Below are positions 9,844 through 18,863 of a stretch of 64,000 nucleotides of DNA, one piece after another. Below the pieces are notes generated by a model, which saw only the letters and a list, made by a program, of their open reading frames with translations, had not been told where the DNA came from and made no database searches. A program made the translations under genes and the position numbers. Numbering within the stretch: position 1 is the stretch's first letter; the number at the start of each line of letters is the position of its first letter. Source of the DNA: an uncultured Actinomycetes bacterium (GTDB lineage: Bacteria > Actinomycetota > UBA4738 > HRBIN12); the NCBI GenBank assembly GCA_963796725.1, contig CAWCMT010000005.1, positions 272,427 through 336,426 of the forward strand. Reading direction: 5' to 3'.

Positions 9844-10449
9844 TCAGGCCGGGCCCCATCCCCCGTACAGATACTCGACGATCTTGCCTGCGACCGAGGG
9901 CTCCAGCGACCCCCCCGTGAGGAGGCGCCGCAGCATCGGCGGCCCGATCAGGAGGTCCGCGGCGAGTTCGAGATCGAGGTCGGCCCGCAGCTCGCCGGCA
10001 TCGATCCCCTCTTGGAGCAACTGGAAGACGCTCCGCTGGCGCTTGCGCAGGAACACGGCGCGCACCGCCTCGGCGAGCTCCGGGTCCCGCGGGATCTCAG
10101 CGACCAGCGTGGACAGGATCGGTCCGCGTCGACCCGACCGAAGGTTCACCAACATCTCGGTGAGGACCTGCGTGAGGCGGTCGCGAACGGTGCCGGCTTC
10201 GGGCACGCCCCCCTCGGCGGTGAGTCGGTCGAGGGCCTCAACCACGAGAGCCGTCTTGGTGTCCCACCGGCGGTAGATGGTCGTCTTGCCCACCCCGGCC
10301 CGATGGGCGACGGCCTCGATCGACAGGCGTGCGAACCCTTCTTCGCCGAGGAGCTCCAGCGTCGCCTTGACGATGGCGTCATCCAACGCGGGGTCGCGCG
10401 GGCGACCCGGAACGCGGGCGACCGTCCCCTTCGTCAGTTCCGGGCTCAC
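9844..10449 (-). CDS. TetR-family transcriptional regulator
   Basis: N-terminal HTH (SIEAVAHRAGVGKTTIYRRWDTK). 4-nt overlap with the upstream MFS gene. Confidence 0.85.
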   Translation of the reverse strand: MSPELTKGTVARVPGRPRDPALDDAIVKATLELLGEEGFARLSIEAVAHRAGVGKTTIYRRWDTKTALVVEALDRLTAEGGVPEAGTVRDRLTQVLTEMLVNLRSGRRGPILSTLVAEIPRDPELAEAVRAVFLRKRQRSVFQLLQEGIDAGELRADLDLELAADLLIGPPMLRRLLTGGSLEPSVAGKIVEYLYGGWGPA

Positions 10450-12068
10450 GGCTCGGCCCGTTCGACGACGGTCCCGTCAAGCTCGTGGTGTGGACGCAGC
10501 TCACGCTCCAGCTCGATCGCCTCCTCCTGATCGAGCGGTCGGTTCGGCAGCCACACCAGCGCCACCAGGGCGCCGGCCACCGCGACGGCCGCGCCCACGA
10601 ACAGGCCCCGGTCCATGGCATCGATGAAGGAGAGCTTCGACGCAGCCGCCAGCGTGGCGCCCGAGGCCCCGGGCAGGCGCGCGGCGATGGCCAGCGCGGC
10701 GCCCACGGAGTTCGTGGCAGCGGCCGCCGCCTGCTCCGGCAGTCCCTTCAGGGCCGGGGCGATCGACGCCGCGTACGCCGTCGCGAACACGCTCCCGAGG
10801 ATCGCGACGCCGAGCGCGCCGCCGATCTGACGGGTGGTGTCGTTCATCGCGGAGCCGACGCCCGCCTTGCCGAGCGGCAGCGACCCCATGATGGACTCGG
10901 TGGCCGGGGTCATCGCCAGCCCCATGCCCGTCCCCAGCACCATGAGAGAGAGCAGGACCAGGGGATACCCGGTCGTCGGCGTCACCGTCGAGAGCAGCCA
11001 CAGACCGACGCCGACGATCGTCATCCCGGCGACGACGAGCAGCTTGTTGCCGATGGGCTGAACCAGCCGGCCCGCCAGTGGCGCCATCACGATCAGCGCG
11101 AGGGAGATGGGGGCAACGCGCAGCCCCGCCTGCAGCGCGGTGTAGCCCAACACGAACTGCAGGTACTGCGTCAGGAAGAAGAGCGAGCCGAAGAGCGCGA
11201 AGAACACCAGCGACACGGAGATGCTGGCAGCGGTGAAACGGGGGTTCTCGAAGAAGCGGACGTTCAGCAGCGGATGGTCCGTGTGCAGCTCCCACGTCAC
11301 GAACGCTCCGAGCGCGATCGCGGCCACGACGAACGACCCGATCACGACCGGATCGGTCCAACCGTGGCTCGGCGCCTCGATGATCCCGTACACCAGCGTC
11401 GTGAGCCCCACGATGGACAGCATGGCTCCGAACGGATCGAGGCGCGGCGCCTCGGGGTCGCGCGTGTTCGGCACGATGAGACGCCCCGCGATCAGGGCGG
11501 CGATCACGATGGGCACGTTCACGAGGAAGACCGATCCCCACCAGAAGTGGTTGAGCAGCCACCCGCCCACGACGGGACCGATCCCGATCCCGAGCCCCGA
11601 GACGCCCGCCCAGATCCCGATCGCTCGGCCGCGCTCCTCCGGTGGGAAGACGTTCGTGAGGATCGACAGGGTGGACGGCATGATGAACGCGCCGCCGACG
11701 CCCATGAGCGCTCTCGTCGCGATCAGCATGGTCGCGGAGGTCGCGAAGGCGGAGAAGACGGAGCCGATCCCGAAGATCACGAGGCCCAGGGCGAGGGCGC
11801 TCCTGCGACCGTAGCGGTCGGAGAGGCTCCCGGTGGTGAGCAACAGCCCCGCGAACACCAGGGTGTATGAATCCACGATCCACTGGAGCTCGCTGGTCGA
11901 CGCATGGAGGTCGCGCGCCAGCGTGGGTATCGCGACGTTCAAGATCGTGTTGTCGAGCCCGATCACGAGCAGGCTCATGCAGAGGACGCCCAGGATCCAC
12001 CAGCGCCGTTCGTACCCCTCGGGTCGGGCGGGCGTCCCGACTCCGATCCCCTCGATCGTTCCTGCCAC
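10446..12068 (-). CDS. MFS drug:H+ antiporter, DHA2 (14-TMS, EmrB/QacA-like)
   Basis: 540 aa with about 14 TM segments. LDNTILNVAIPTL and SDRYGRR motifs are typical of DHA2. Confidence 0.85.
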   Translation of the reverse strand: MAGTIEGIGVGTPARPEGYERRWWILGVLCMSLLVIGLDNTILNVAIPTLARDLHASTSELQWIVDSYTLVFAGLLLTTGSLSDRYGRRSALALGLVIFGIGSVFSAFATSATMLIATRALMGVGGAFIMPSTLSILTNVFPPEERGRAIGIWAGVSGLGIGIGPVVGGWLLNHFWWGSVFLVNVPIVIAALIAGRLIVPNTRDPEAPRLDPFGAMLSIVGLTTLVYGIIEAPSHGWTDPVVIGSFVVAAIALGAFVTWELHTDHPLLNVRFFENPRFTAASISVSLVFFALFGSLFFLTQYLQFVLGYTALQAGLRVAPISLALIVMAPLAGRLVQPIGNKLLVVAGMTIVGVGLWLLSTVTPTTGYPLVLLSLMVLGTGMGLAMTPATESIMGSLPLGKAGVGSAMNDTTRQIGGALGVAILGSVFATAYAASIAPALKGLPEQAAAAATNSVGAALAIAARLPGASGATLAAASKLSFIDAMDRGLFVGAAVAVAGALVALVWLPNRPLDQEEAIELERELRPHHELDGTVVERAEP

Positions 12069-12086
12069 CTCGCGTACCCCCTTATT

Positions 12087-12100
12087 CCGTTACGTTACGG
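12087..12100. promoter_or_regulatory. imperfect palindrome CCGTTAC-GTTACGG upstream of the MFS-TetR operon (candidate TetR operator)
   Basis: 14-bp near-palindrome (one mismatched pair) in an AT-richer patch 19 nt upstream of GTG 12068. Confidence 0.3.
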
Positions 12101-12155
12101 GCTCGTTTCGTATTTCCAACGGTACCCGTGGAGATGCCGAACGACAACGGAAGAC

Positions 12156-15100
12156 TCAGGCCGACCGGACCGAGGAGTCGGCGCTCACGTCGAGGGGCCG
12201 CGAGACACCCTCCGCGGTGACCTCGAGGAGTTCGCCACGATGCCGGATCGCGAGCGAGGTGCCGTCGCGCAGGCGGTAGGTTGCCCTGCCGTCGCGCAGC
12301 TCGACGTCCAGTACGCAGCCGCGCGTGCGCAGGGTGAAGGCCAGCGCGGTGAGCCGCTCGGGCAGCACCGGGCGGAACGAGATCTCGCCGTCGCCATCGC
12401 GGAGGCCGCCGAACCCGTAGACCGCGGCGAGCCAGGTACCGCCCGCCGAGGCCACGTGGACCCCGTCGCGGACGTTGTTCGAGACGTCGGCCAGATCGAC
12501 CGCCGCAGCGTCGATGAAGTACTCCTCGGCCGCGCGCAGGTCGCCGATCTCGGCCGCCATGACGCTCTGGATGCTCTCCGACAGCGAGGAGTCGCCCGTG
12601 GTCAGCGGGTCGTAGTACTCGAAGATCCGCTGCTTCTGCTCGGGGGTGAACTCCTCGCCCACCATGAACGTCGCGAGCACGATGTCGGCCTGCTTGATGA
12701 CCTGATGCCGGTAGATCACCAGCGGGTGGTAGTGGAGCAGGAGCGGGTAGTTCTCGGGCGGCGTGCCCTCGAAATCCCAGACCTCGCGCTCCAGGAAGAG
12801 GTCGTCCTGGAGATGGAGCTGACGCTCCTCGTCGAACGGGACGTACATCATGTCGGCCGCGCGTCGCCACTCCTCGATCTCGGGGGCCCGGAGCTCGGTG
12901 CGTGCGATGAGCCGGGCGTGCGCCTCCGGATCCGACGACTGGAGCCACTCGACGGCCTCGATCGCCGAGCGGAGGTTCTCGCGCGCCATCAGGTTCGTGT
13001 AGGCGTTGTTGTCCACGACGGTCGAGTACTCGTCGGGCCCCGTGACCCCGTTGATCACGAAGCGTCCGCCCTTGGCCTCTGAGAAGAACCCGAGGTCGAC
13101 CCACATCCGCGCGGTCTCCACGAGGATCTCGGCGCCGTAGCGGGCGAGGAAGTCGCGATCGCCGGTCACCCGCACGTACTGCATCAACGCGTGCGCGACG
13201 TCGGCGTCGATGTGGTACTGGGCGGTGCCGGCGGCGTAGTAGGCGGAGGCCTCCTGCCCGTTGATCGTCCGCCATGGGAACAGCGCCCCTCGCATCCCCA
13301 CCTGGCGGGCGCGCTCTCGGGCCTGGGGGAGCATCGCGTACCGATGCTGGAGCTGGCTGCGGGCGATCCTCGGCGCCGTGTAGACGAGGAACGGCATCAC
13401 GTAGATCTCCGTGTCCCAGAAGTAGTGGCCCTCGTATCCCTGTCCCGTCAAACCCTTCGAGGGGATGCCGTAGCCTTCGGAGCACGCGGAGGCCTGCAGC
13501 AGCTGGAACACGTTGAACCTCACCGCCTGCTGCAGGAGCGGAGCCCCCTCCGTGCGAACGTCCGCGACCGACCAGAACTCGTCGATCCGGGATCGCTGCG
13601 ACGCCGCGAGCGCGTCGAACCCCTCCGCCCGGGCCTGGTCGAGGGTCCCAGCAGCACGGAACGTCAGTTCCTCGACGGACTCGTCCGCGGCATGGTGGTA
13701 GGCGACGTACTTCACGAGCCGGATGGGCCGTCCACGCTCGGCCCGCACCCGGTAGACGGCCCGGGCGCTGTCCCCGTTGATCTCGATGTCGGGCATGACG
13801 TCGGACCCCAGGTTGGTCTCGTGATCCATCCCGCACGACATCCGCAGGCCGCTGGATCGGGTCCGGAAGCCCATCACGGCGCGAGCCTCATCCGCGTCGC
13901 CCGCCTCCGGCATGAGGATCCCGGTCTCGAGCCCCCGACCTTCGCGGGGATCGTCGGCGGAGCCGAGGTCGTCCGGATGCGTGACGAGCTCGGAAGAGAG
14001 CGTGAGGTTCGCGCCGCGATCGAGCGGGGTCACCACGTATTCGAAGCAGGCGAGGTGCCGATGCTCCAGGGAGACGAACCGGCTGGAGCGGACCGAGAAT
14101 CGCCGCCCGTCGGCCGCCTGCCACACCACCCGCCGCTCCATCACGCCGGCGCGCATGTCGAGCACGCGCTCGTACTCGAGCACCTCACAGTGGGCCAGGT
14201 CGAAGGGCTCGTCGTCCACGTACAGCTTGATGATCGAGCCATCGGTGGCGTTGATGATGGTCTGGCCCGTCTCGGCGAAGCCGAACGCCTTCTCCGGGTA
14301 GACGATGGGCCAGGTTTCGTAGAAGCCGTTGAGCAGCGTCCCGCTCTGATGCACGGGGCGGCCCTCCTCATGGGTGCCGCGGATCCCCAGGTAGCCGTTC
14401 GCAACGGCGAACACGGCCTCCAGCTGCGGGATGTTCTCTGGGTCGAATCCGCGCTCCACGACCCGGAACTCGTCCACCGGGAAGGCTTCGTCGGCGGCGA
14501 GCAAGCGCAGGGCGGCGGCGCGCAGCCGGTGCGCCTTCGGCCCCGCCATGTGCCCCGCCTCGGCCGACTCCGTGACCAGGTCGCCGAGGTCCTTGACCAC
14601 CATGTCGGCCCCTTGGGCCAGGAGATCCTCGGTCTGCTCATCGCGGTCGACGCCGATCACGAGCCCGAAGGCGCCCGCGCGGCCCGCCTGCACGCCGGCC
14701 AGCGCGTCCTCGACCACCACGACGTCGGACGGCTGGACGTCCAGGCGTCGCGCCGCTTCGAGGAAGGTGTCCGGCGCGGGCTTACCCGCCAGACCCAGCA
14801 TCATCGCGACCGCGCCGTCCACGCGAACGTCGAAGAGGTCGGCGATGCCGGCCGCCTCCAGGACCTCCGTGCAGTTCTGACTGGAGGACACGACCGCGGT
14901 GGCCAGCCCGCGTGCCTGCAGCTCACGCACCCACGCCACGGAACCGGGGAAGGCCTCCACACCCTCCGTGTGGAGCGCCGACTCGACCAGCAACTGCTTG
15001 CGGTTACCGATCCCGTGCACCGAATCCTGGTCGGGCGGCGAATCGACGTCCCCCTCGGGGAGGTGGATGTCGCGCGAGGCCAGGAAGTCGCGCACCCCGT

Positions 15101-15377
15101 CGTAGCGGGGTTTGCCGTCGACGTATGCGCGGTAGTCCTCCGCCGGCGAGAACCGCGCCGTCGTGGTTCCGTGCTCCTGGTCCCATCGCTCGAGGAATTC
15201 GTCGAACGTCTGCTGCCAGGCGGCGGAGTGAAGGCGGGCGGTGGTGGTCAGCACACCGTCCAGATCGAACAGGACGGCCTTGAACCGCTCGTAGATCTCC
15301 CTGGGCTCCACGATCCTCCTCGCCCCGCCCCGCATCCGCCGAGGCGCGATGTTACCGGTACATGGTGCCAGCGCCAT
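12156..15377 (-). CDS. fused beta-phosphoglucomutase (HAD) / glycoside hydrolase family 65 phosphorylase
   Basis: N-terminal HAD motifs (VLFDLDGVLT) are followed by about 800 aa with a GH65-like core (GHYFWDTEIY, ..AYTNLMA..). The real start may be ATG 15335. Confidence 0.85.
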   Translation of the reverse strand: MALAPCTGNIAPRRMRGGARRIVEPREIYERFKAVLFDLDGVLTTTARLHSAAWQQTFDEFLERWDQEHGTTTARFSPAEDYRAYVDGKPRYDGVRDFLASRDIHLPEGDVDSPPDQDSVHGIGNRKQLLVESALHTEGVEAFPGSVAWVRELQARGLATAVVSSSQNCTEVLEAAGIADLFDVRVDGAVAMMLGLAGKPAPDTFLEAARRLDVQPSDVVVVEDALAGVQAGRAGAFGLVIGVDRDEQTEDLLAQGADMVVKDLGDLVTESAEAGHMAGPKAHRLRAAALRLLAADEAFPVDEFRVVERGFDPENIPQLEAVFAVANGYLGIRGTHEEGRPVHQSGTLLNGFYETWPIVYPEKAFGFAETGQTIINATDGSIIKLYVDDEPFDLAHCEVLEYERVLDMRAGVMERRVVWQAADGRRFSVRSSRFVSLEHRHLACFEYVVTPLDRGANLTLSSELVTHPDDLGSADDPREGRGLETGILMPEAGDADEARAVMGFRTRSSGLRMSCGMDHETNLGSDVMPDIEINGDSARAVYRVRAERGRPIRLVKYVAYHHAADESVEELTFRAAGTLDQARAEGFDALAASQRSRIDEFWSVADVRTEGAPLLQQAVRFNVFQLLQASACSEGYGIPSKGLTGQGYEGHYFWDTEIYVMPFLVYTAPRIARSQLQHRYAMLPQARERARQVGMRGALFPWRTINGQEASAYYAAGTAQYHIDADVAHALMQYVRVTGDRDFLARYGAEILVETARMWVDLGFFSEAKGGRFVINGVTGPDEYSTVVDNNAYTNLMARENLRSAIEAVEWLQSSDPEAHARLIARTELRAPEIEEWRRAADMMYVPFDEERQLHLQDDLFLEREVWDFEGTPPENYPLLLHYHPLVIYRHQVIKQADIVLATFMVGEEFTPEQKQRIFEYYDPLTTGDSSLSESIQSVMAAEIGDLRAAEEYFIDAAAVDLADVSNNVRDGVHVASAGGTWLAAVYGFGGLRDGDGEISFRPVLPERLTALAFTLRTRGCVLDVELRDGRATYRLRDGTSLAIRHRGELLEVTAEGVSRPLDVSADSSVRSA

Positions 15378-15427
15378 CGGCCCGGGTCACCTACCCGAGC
15401 CGTGCAACCTTCGCGTGACCTAGCATC

Positions 15428-16201
15428 GTGTCATGCACGATGAGGATCGCCTCGCCGCGTTTCGTCGAAGCGCGCGATGCGGGGGCCGCCGCGGGGATCC
15501 TCCTCGACGTGGACGGCACCCTGAGCCCGATCGTGGCCCGACCCGAGCTCGCCCGCCTGGCGGAGGGCGCCCCCGAGGTGCTCGCGCGGCTCGTGCCCGC
15601 GCACGCCGTCGTGGCGGCTATCTCCGGTCGGACGGATCGGGAGCTCGCCGCCCTGATCGGCGTGCCGGGCGTGCGGCTGGTGGGCCACTACGGGATGCCG
15701 GCAACGGACGACGTCCCCCCGACCGTCATGGCGGAGATCGAGCGCACGGCCGCGGCGGTTCCGGGCGCTTGGGTCGAGGAGAAGGGTGCCTCCGTGGCCG
15801 TGCACCTGCGGGCGACGCGAGACCCTATCGAGGCCGAGCGGGCGTTGCGTGCGCCGCTCGCGGCGATCGGCCGCGAGGCCGGCCTCCGCCTGATCGACGG
15901 GAAACGCGTGCTGGAGCTCGTCCCGCACGGTGCGTCGCTGAAGGGGGCGGCTGTCGAGCGGACGATCCGCGGATCCGCGCTCGGGGCGGTCCTGTACGCC
16001 GGTGACGACGTGGCCGATCTGGAGGCCTTCGCCGCGCTGGGGCGGGCGAGGGAAGCGGGCATCGTCACCGTCTCCATCGCGGTGAGCGGGCCCGAGACGC
16101 TCCCAGCCCTACGTGAGGCTGCGGACGTCACCGTGGAGGGGCCGGAGGCGCTCGTGGCGCTCCTCGACCGTCTCGTTCCAACGGCGCCCTCGGGGGCCTG
16201 A
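15428..16201 (+). CDS. otsB: trehalose-6-phosphate phosphatase
   Basis: HAD-IIB motifs LLDVDGTLSPI, ISGR and YAGDDVADLEAF. The exact start is ambiguous (GTG 15428 or ATG 15440). Confidence 0.8.
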   Translation: MSCTMRIASPRFVEARDAGAAAGILLDVDGTLSPIVARPELARLAEGAPEVLARLVPAHAVVAAISGRTDRELAALIGVPGVRLVGHYGMPATDDVPPTVMAEIERTAAAVPGAWVEEKGASVAVHLRATRDPIEAERALRAPLAAIGREAGLRLIDGKRVLELVPHGASLKGAAVERTIRGSALGAVLYAGDDVADLEAFAALGRAREAGIVTVSIAVSGPETLPALREAADVTVEGPEALVALLDRLVPTAPSGA

Positions 16202-16223
16202 GCGGGAGTTCGCGGGCCTCGGA

Positions 16224-17696
16224 TCAGCGACCGTGCGGGGGTCGCACCTGGTCGACGGCCTCCAGCTGGTGCGCGAGCCACGTCGCGGGCGTGTGAGCCT
16301 GGATCGTGCGCGAGAGGCCGCGGGCGCGCCGGGCTCGCTCGTCGGGAGCGAACTCCAGGGCTTCGCGGATCGCCTCCGCCGTCTCGGCGAGGTCGAACGG
16401 GTTGACGCCCAGCGCGTGCCGGCCGAGCCGCGTGTAGGAGCCGGCGTTGCGTGACAGGACCAGGGCGCCGCTGTGGCGGTTGACCAACGGCCCCTCCATC
16501 GCCACCAGGTTCATGCCGTCGTACGTGGGGTTAACGAACAGCACGTCGTAGAGAGCGTAGGCGGCCACGGCGTACGCGTAGTCCTCCTGCACCTTCACGG
16601 TGATCGGCTCCCAGCCGTCTCGGCCCAGCTCTCGGTTGATCCGCTCGGCCGCGGCCAGACATTCGCCGCCGTAGCTCTGGTACTCCGGCACGTCCTCACG
16701 CGAGGGGCTGAACAGGCAGAGGAACCGGACTCGCCCTTGCCAGCGCCGGTGGCGACGCAGGAACAGCTCGTACGCGAGGAATCCCCGCAGGATGTTCTTC
16801 GTCGGCTCGAGCCGGTCGACGCGCAGCATGACGGCGGCGTCCCCACGCCAGGCCTCCAGCTCGGCACGCACCTCGCCCGCCTCCGGCGTGGACGCCGTGT
16901 CTCGCAGCGGGTGGGCGCTGACGGCCACGGGGAACGAGCGGACGGACGCCGTACGCCCGTCCACCTCCATGTGGCCGCCGCGCGGCACCTTGATACCCGG
17001 CAGGCTGCGGGCGGATAGGAGGTAGTTCTCGGCCCACTGCTTGGCCTGGAAGCCGAGCACGTCGGCGCCGGCCATGCCCCGCACGATCGCTTCGCTCACG
17101 GGTCGGGGGAGGATCCGCAGGTACGTGCCCCCGGCGAAGGGGGTGTGGGAGAAGTGAACGATCTTCGCCTCCGGCACCAGCTCGCGGAGCATCCCGGGGA
17201 CGAGACACAGGTGGTAGTCCTGGATCAGGTAGACGGGGTCTCGCTCCGCCTCATCGGCCAGGGCCTCGGCGAACCGGCGGTTCGTCTCCACGAAGTCCGT
17301 CCACGCTTCCCGCGTGCTGTCGTCGAACATCGGGGCCCGAGGCGTATCCCATAGGTTGTGGTGCACGAACCAGAGCATCCGGTTGGCGATCTGGTTGTAG
17401 TACCCCTCGTACTGCTTCGGAGGGATCACCACGAACCGCACCCGCTGGTGCGAGTCGGGCTCGACCGTGCGGCCCTTGAGCGCCACCGCACGATCGCCCT
17501 CGGTCATCGCGGCGGCCACCCAGGCGGTGTCGTCGCGGAAGAACACCCCCGAGAGCGCCGTCACCAATCCGCCGGCGCCTCGTCGCGGGTCCAGCTTCCC
17601 CGAGTTCGTCCGCTCGAACGAGACCGGCCCCCGGTTGGAGGCCACCACCACCGAGGCTTCGATCGCGCTGAGCCTGGATCTTCGGGCCGTAGGCAT
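16224..17696 (-). CDS. otsA: alpha,alpha-trehalose-phosphate synthase (GT20)
   Basis: 490 aa with GT20 hallmarks (VVASNRGPVSFE, IQDYHL, FSHTPF, DGMNLVAME). Confidence 0.9.
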   Translation of the reverse strand: MPTARRSRLSAIEASVVVASNRGPVSFERTNSGKLDPRRGAGGLVTALSGVFFRDDTAWVAAAMTEGDRAVALKGRTVEPDSHQRVRFVVIPPKQYEGYYNQIANRMLWFVHHNLWDTPRAPMFDDSTREAWTDFVETNRRFAEALADEAERDPVYLIQDYHLCLVPGMLRELVPEAKIVHFSHTPFAGGTYLRILPRPVSEAIVRGMAGADVLGFQAKQWAENYLLSARSLPGIKVPRGGHMEVDGRTASVRSFPVAVSAHPLRDTASTPEAGEVRAELEAWRGDAAVMLRVDRLEPTKNILRGFLAYELFLRRHRRWQGRVRFLCLFSPSREDVPEYQSYGGECLAAAERINRELGRDGWEPITVKVQEDYAYAVAAYALYDVLFVNPTYDGMNLVAMEGPLVNRHSGALVLSRNAGSYTRLGRHALGVNPFDLAETAEAIREALEFAPDERARRARGLSRTIQAHTPATWLAHQLEAVDQVRPPHGR

Positions 17697-17702
17697 CGCC
17701 TC

Positions 17703-17708
17703 AGTCTA
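17703..17708 (-). promoter_or_regulatory. -10-like hexamer TAGACT, 6 nt upstream of otsA ATG 17696
   Basis: Minus strand reads TAGACT-gaggcg-ATG. Confidence 0.45.
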
Positions 17709-17759
17709 GGCGGTTCGCGAGGGGCCCTCCTCGCGGGCCGCCGTCAACGAGCACCGTGA

Positions 17760-18863
17760 GTGCTCCACGACGTCGGCGCGACATGCGAGCATCCCGCCGT
17801 GACCGTCGCTGCGACCCCACCCACTCCAGTGCCCGCCCGCCTCGCGGCACAGCTGCTGTCCGGACCCGGGGTGCGGGACCCTCTCGAGGTCGTGGAACGG
17901 ATCCTCGCCGTCCAGGCCCAAGATGCACGGGGAGCGCGGCTCGCGATCCGCGCCCGGTCGCGGGGGCTCACCGCAGCCGACGTAGATCGCGCGCTCACCC
18001 TCGACCGTTCACTGGTGATCACGTGGGCGAACCGCGGGACGCTCCACCTGATCCGCCGGGAGGATTACCCCTGGCTACACGCGCTCACCGCCCCTCGGAT
18101 GGCAGCCGGCAACACCCGCCGCCTGCGACAGGAAGGGGTCTCAGAGCATGCGGCCGAGCGGGGGGTACGCACGATCGTGCATGCCCTGGAGCGCGAAGGA
18201 CCCCTCACCCGGCAAGAGCTTCGCGAACGCCTCGAGGCCGCCGGCGTGCCCACCCAGGGTCAGGCCATCGTCCACCTGTTCGCCCTCGCGTCGCTCCGCG
18301 GCCTGATCGTACGCGGGCCGATGACGGGTAGCCGGCAGGCCTTCGCGCTCACCGCCGAGTGGCTCGGGCCGCTGCCGGGCGTGGACGAGGAGGTCGCGCT
18401 GGCCGAACTCGCTCGCCGCTTCCTCGCCGGTCACGGCCCCGCCACCGACCGCGATCTCGCCCGGTGGTCGGGGCTGCCCCTCGGTCGGGCACGCGCCGGG
18501 CTCCGCCGTATCGGGTCGGAGCTCGACGAGGGGCCTCAGGGGCTCGTGGAGCTCGCCGCCGGGAAACGACGCGCCCCGTTGCCCGGTCCGAAGCTGCTCG
18601 GCGCGTTCGACCCCGTGCTGATGGGATGGACCTCGCGGGATGCGATCCTGGGCTCGGCGTCCCATATCGTCACGACCAACGGCGTGTTCCGCCCGTTCGC
18701 ACTCGTTCGGGGACAGGCCGCCGGCACCTGGACCTATCCCCGAGCCGAGGTCCGGCTGGACCCCCTCCGCGACCTCACGGAGATCGAGCGACGTGCGCTT
18801 GACCGCGAAGCCCGAGACGTCCGCAGGTTCCTGGGTGACGCTCACTCGTCCGAGCCGCAGTAG
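17760..18863 (+). CDS. winged-helix DNA-binding protein of the YcaQ/AlkZ-like family
   Basis: Conserved stretches (VVERILAVQAQD, ITWANRGTLHL, GVFRPF) resemble YcaQ/DUF1006-type proteins. Start uncertain. Confidence 0.65.
   Translation: MLHDVGATCEHPAVTVAATPPTPVPARLAAQLLSGPGVRDPLEVVERILAVQAQDARGARLAIRARSRGLTAADVDRALTLDRSLVITWANRGTLHLIRREDYPWLHALTAPRMAAGNTRRLRQEGVSEHAAERGVRTIVHALEREGPLTRQELRERLEAAGVPTQGQAIVHLFALASLRGLIVRGPMTGSRQAFALTAEWLGPLPGVDEEVALAELARRFLAGHGPATDRDLARWSGLPLGRARAGLRRIGSELDEGPQGLVELAAGKRRAPLPGPKLLGAFDPVLMGWTSRDAILGSASHIVTTNGVFRPFALVRGQAAGTWTYPRAEVRLDPLRDLTEIERRALDREARDVRRFLGDAHSSEPQ

Noticed and set aside
15421-15442. TAGCAT-N6-ATG (15433) as the leaderless start of otsB.
   Set aside because: That ATG is in a frame giving Arg-rich nonsense. 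The HAD-motif frame starts at GTG 15428 or ATG 15440. The hexamer may still be the promoter, with a 7-nt leader. This remains unresolved.
13191-15443. Very long antisense or alternative-frame ORFs: 13191..15443 (+), 12082..13836 (-), 25413..27698 (+), 33711..35054 (-), 42126..43535 (-), 53108..54163 (-), 3057..4262 (-).
   Set aside because: They are Arg/Pro/Gly-rich with low-complexity composition. Each lies opposite or out of frame to a gene with clear family motifs. This is the typical stop-codon-poor artefact of about 70% G+C DNA.
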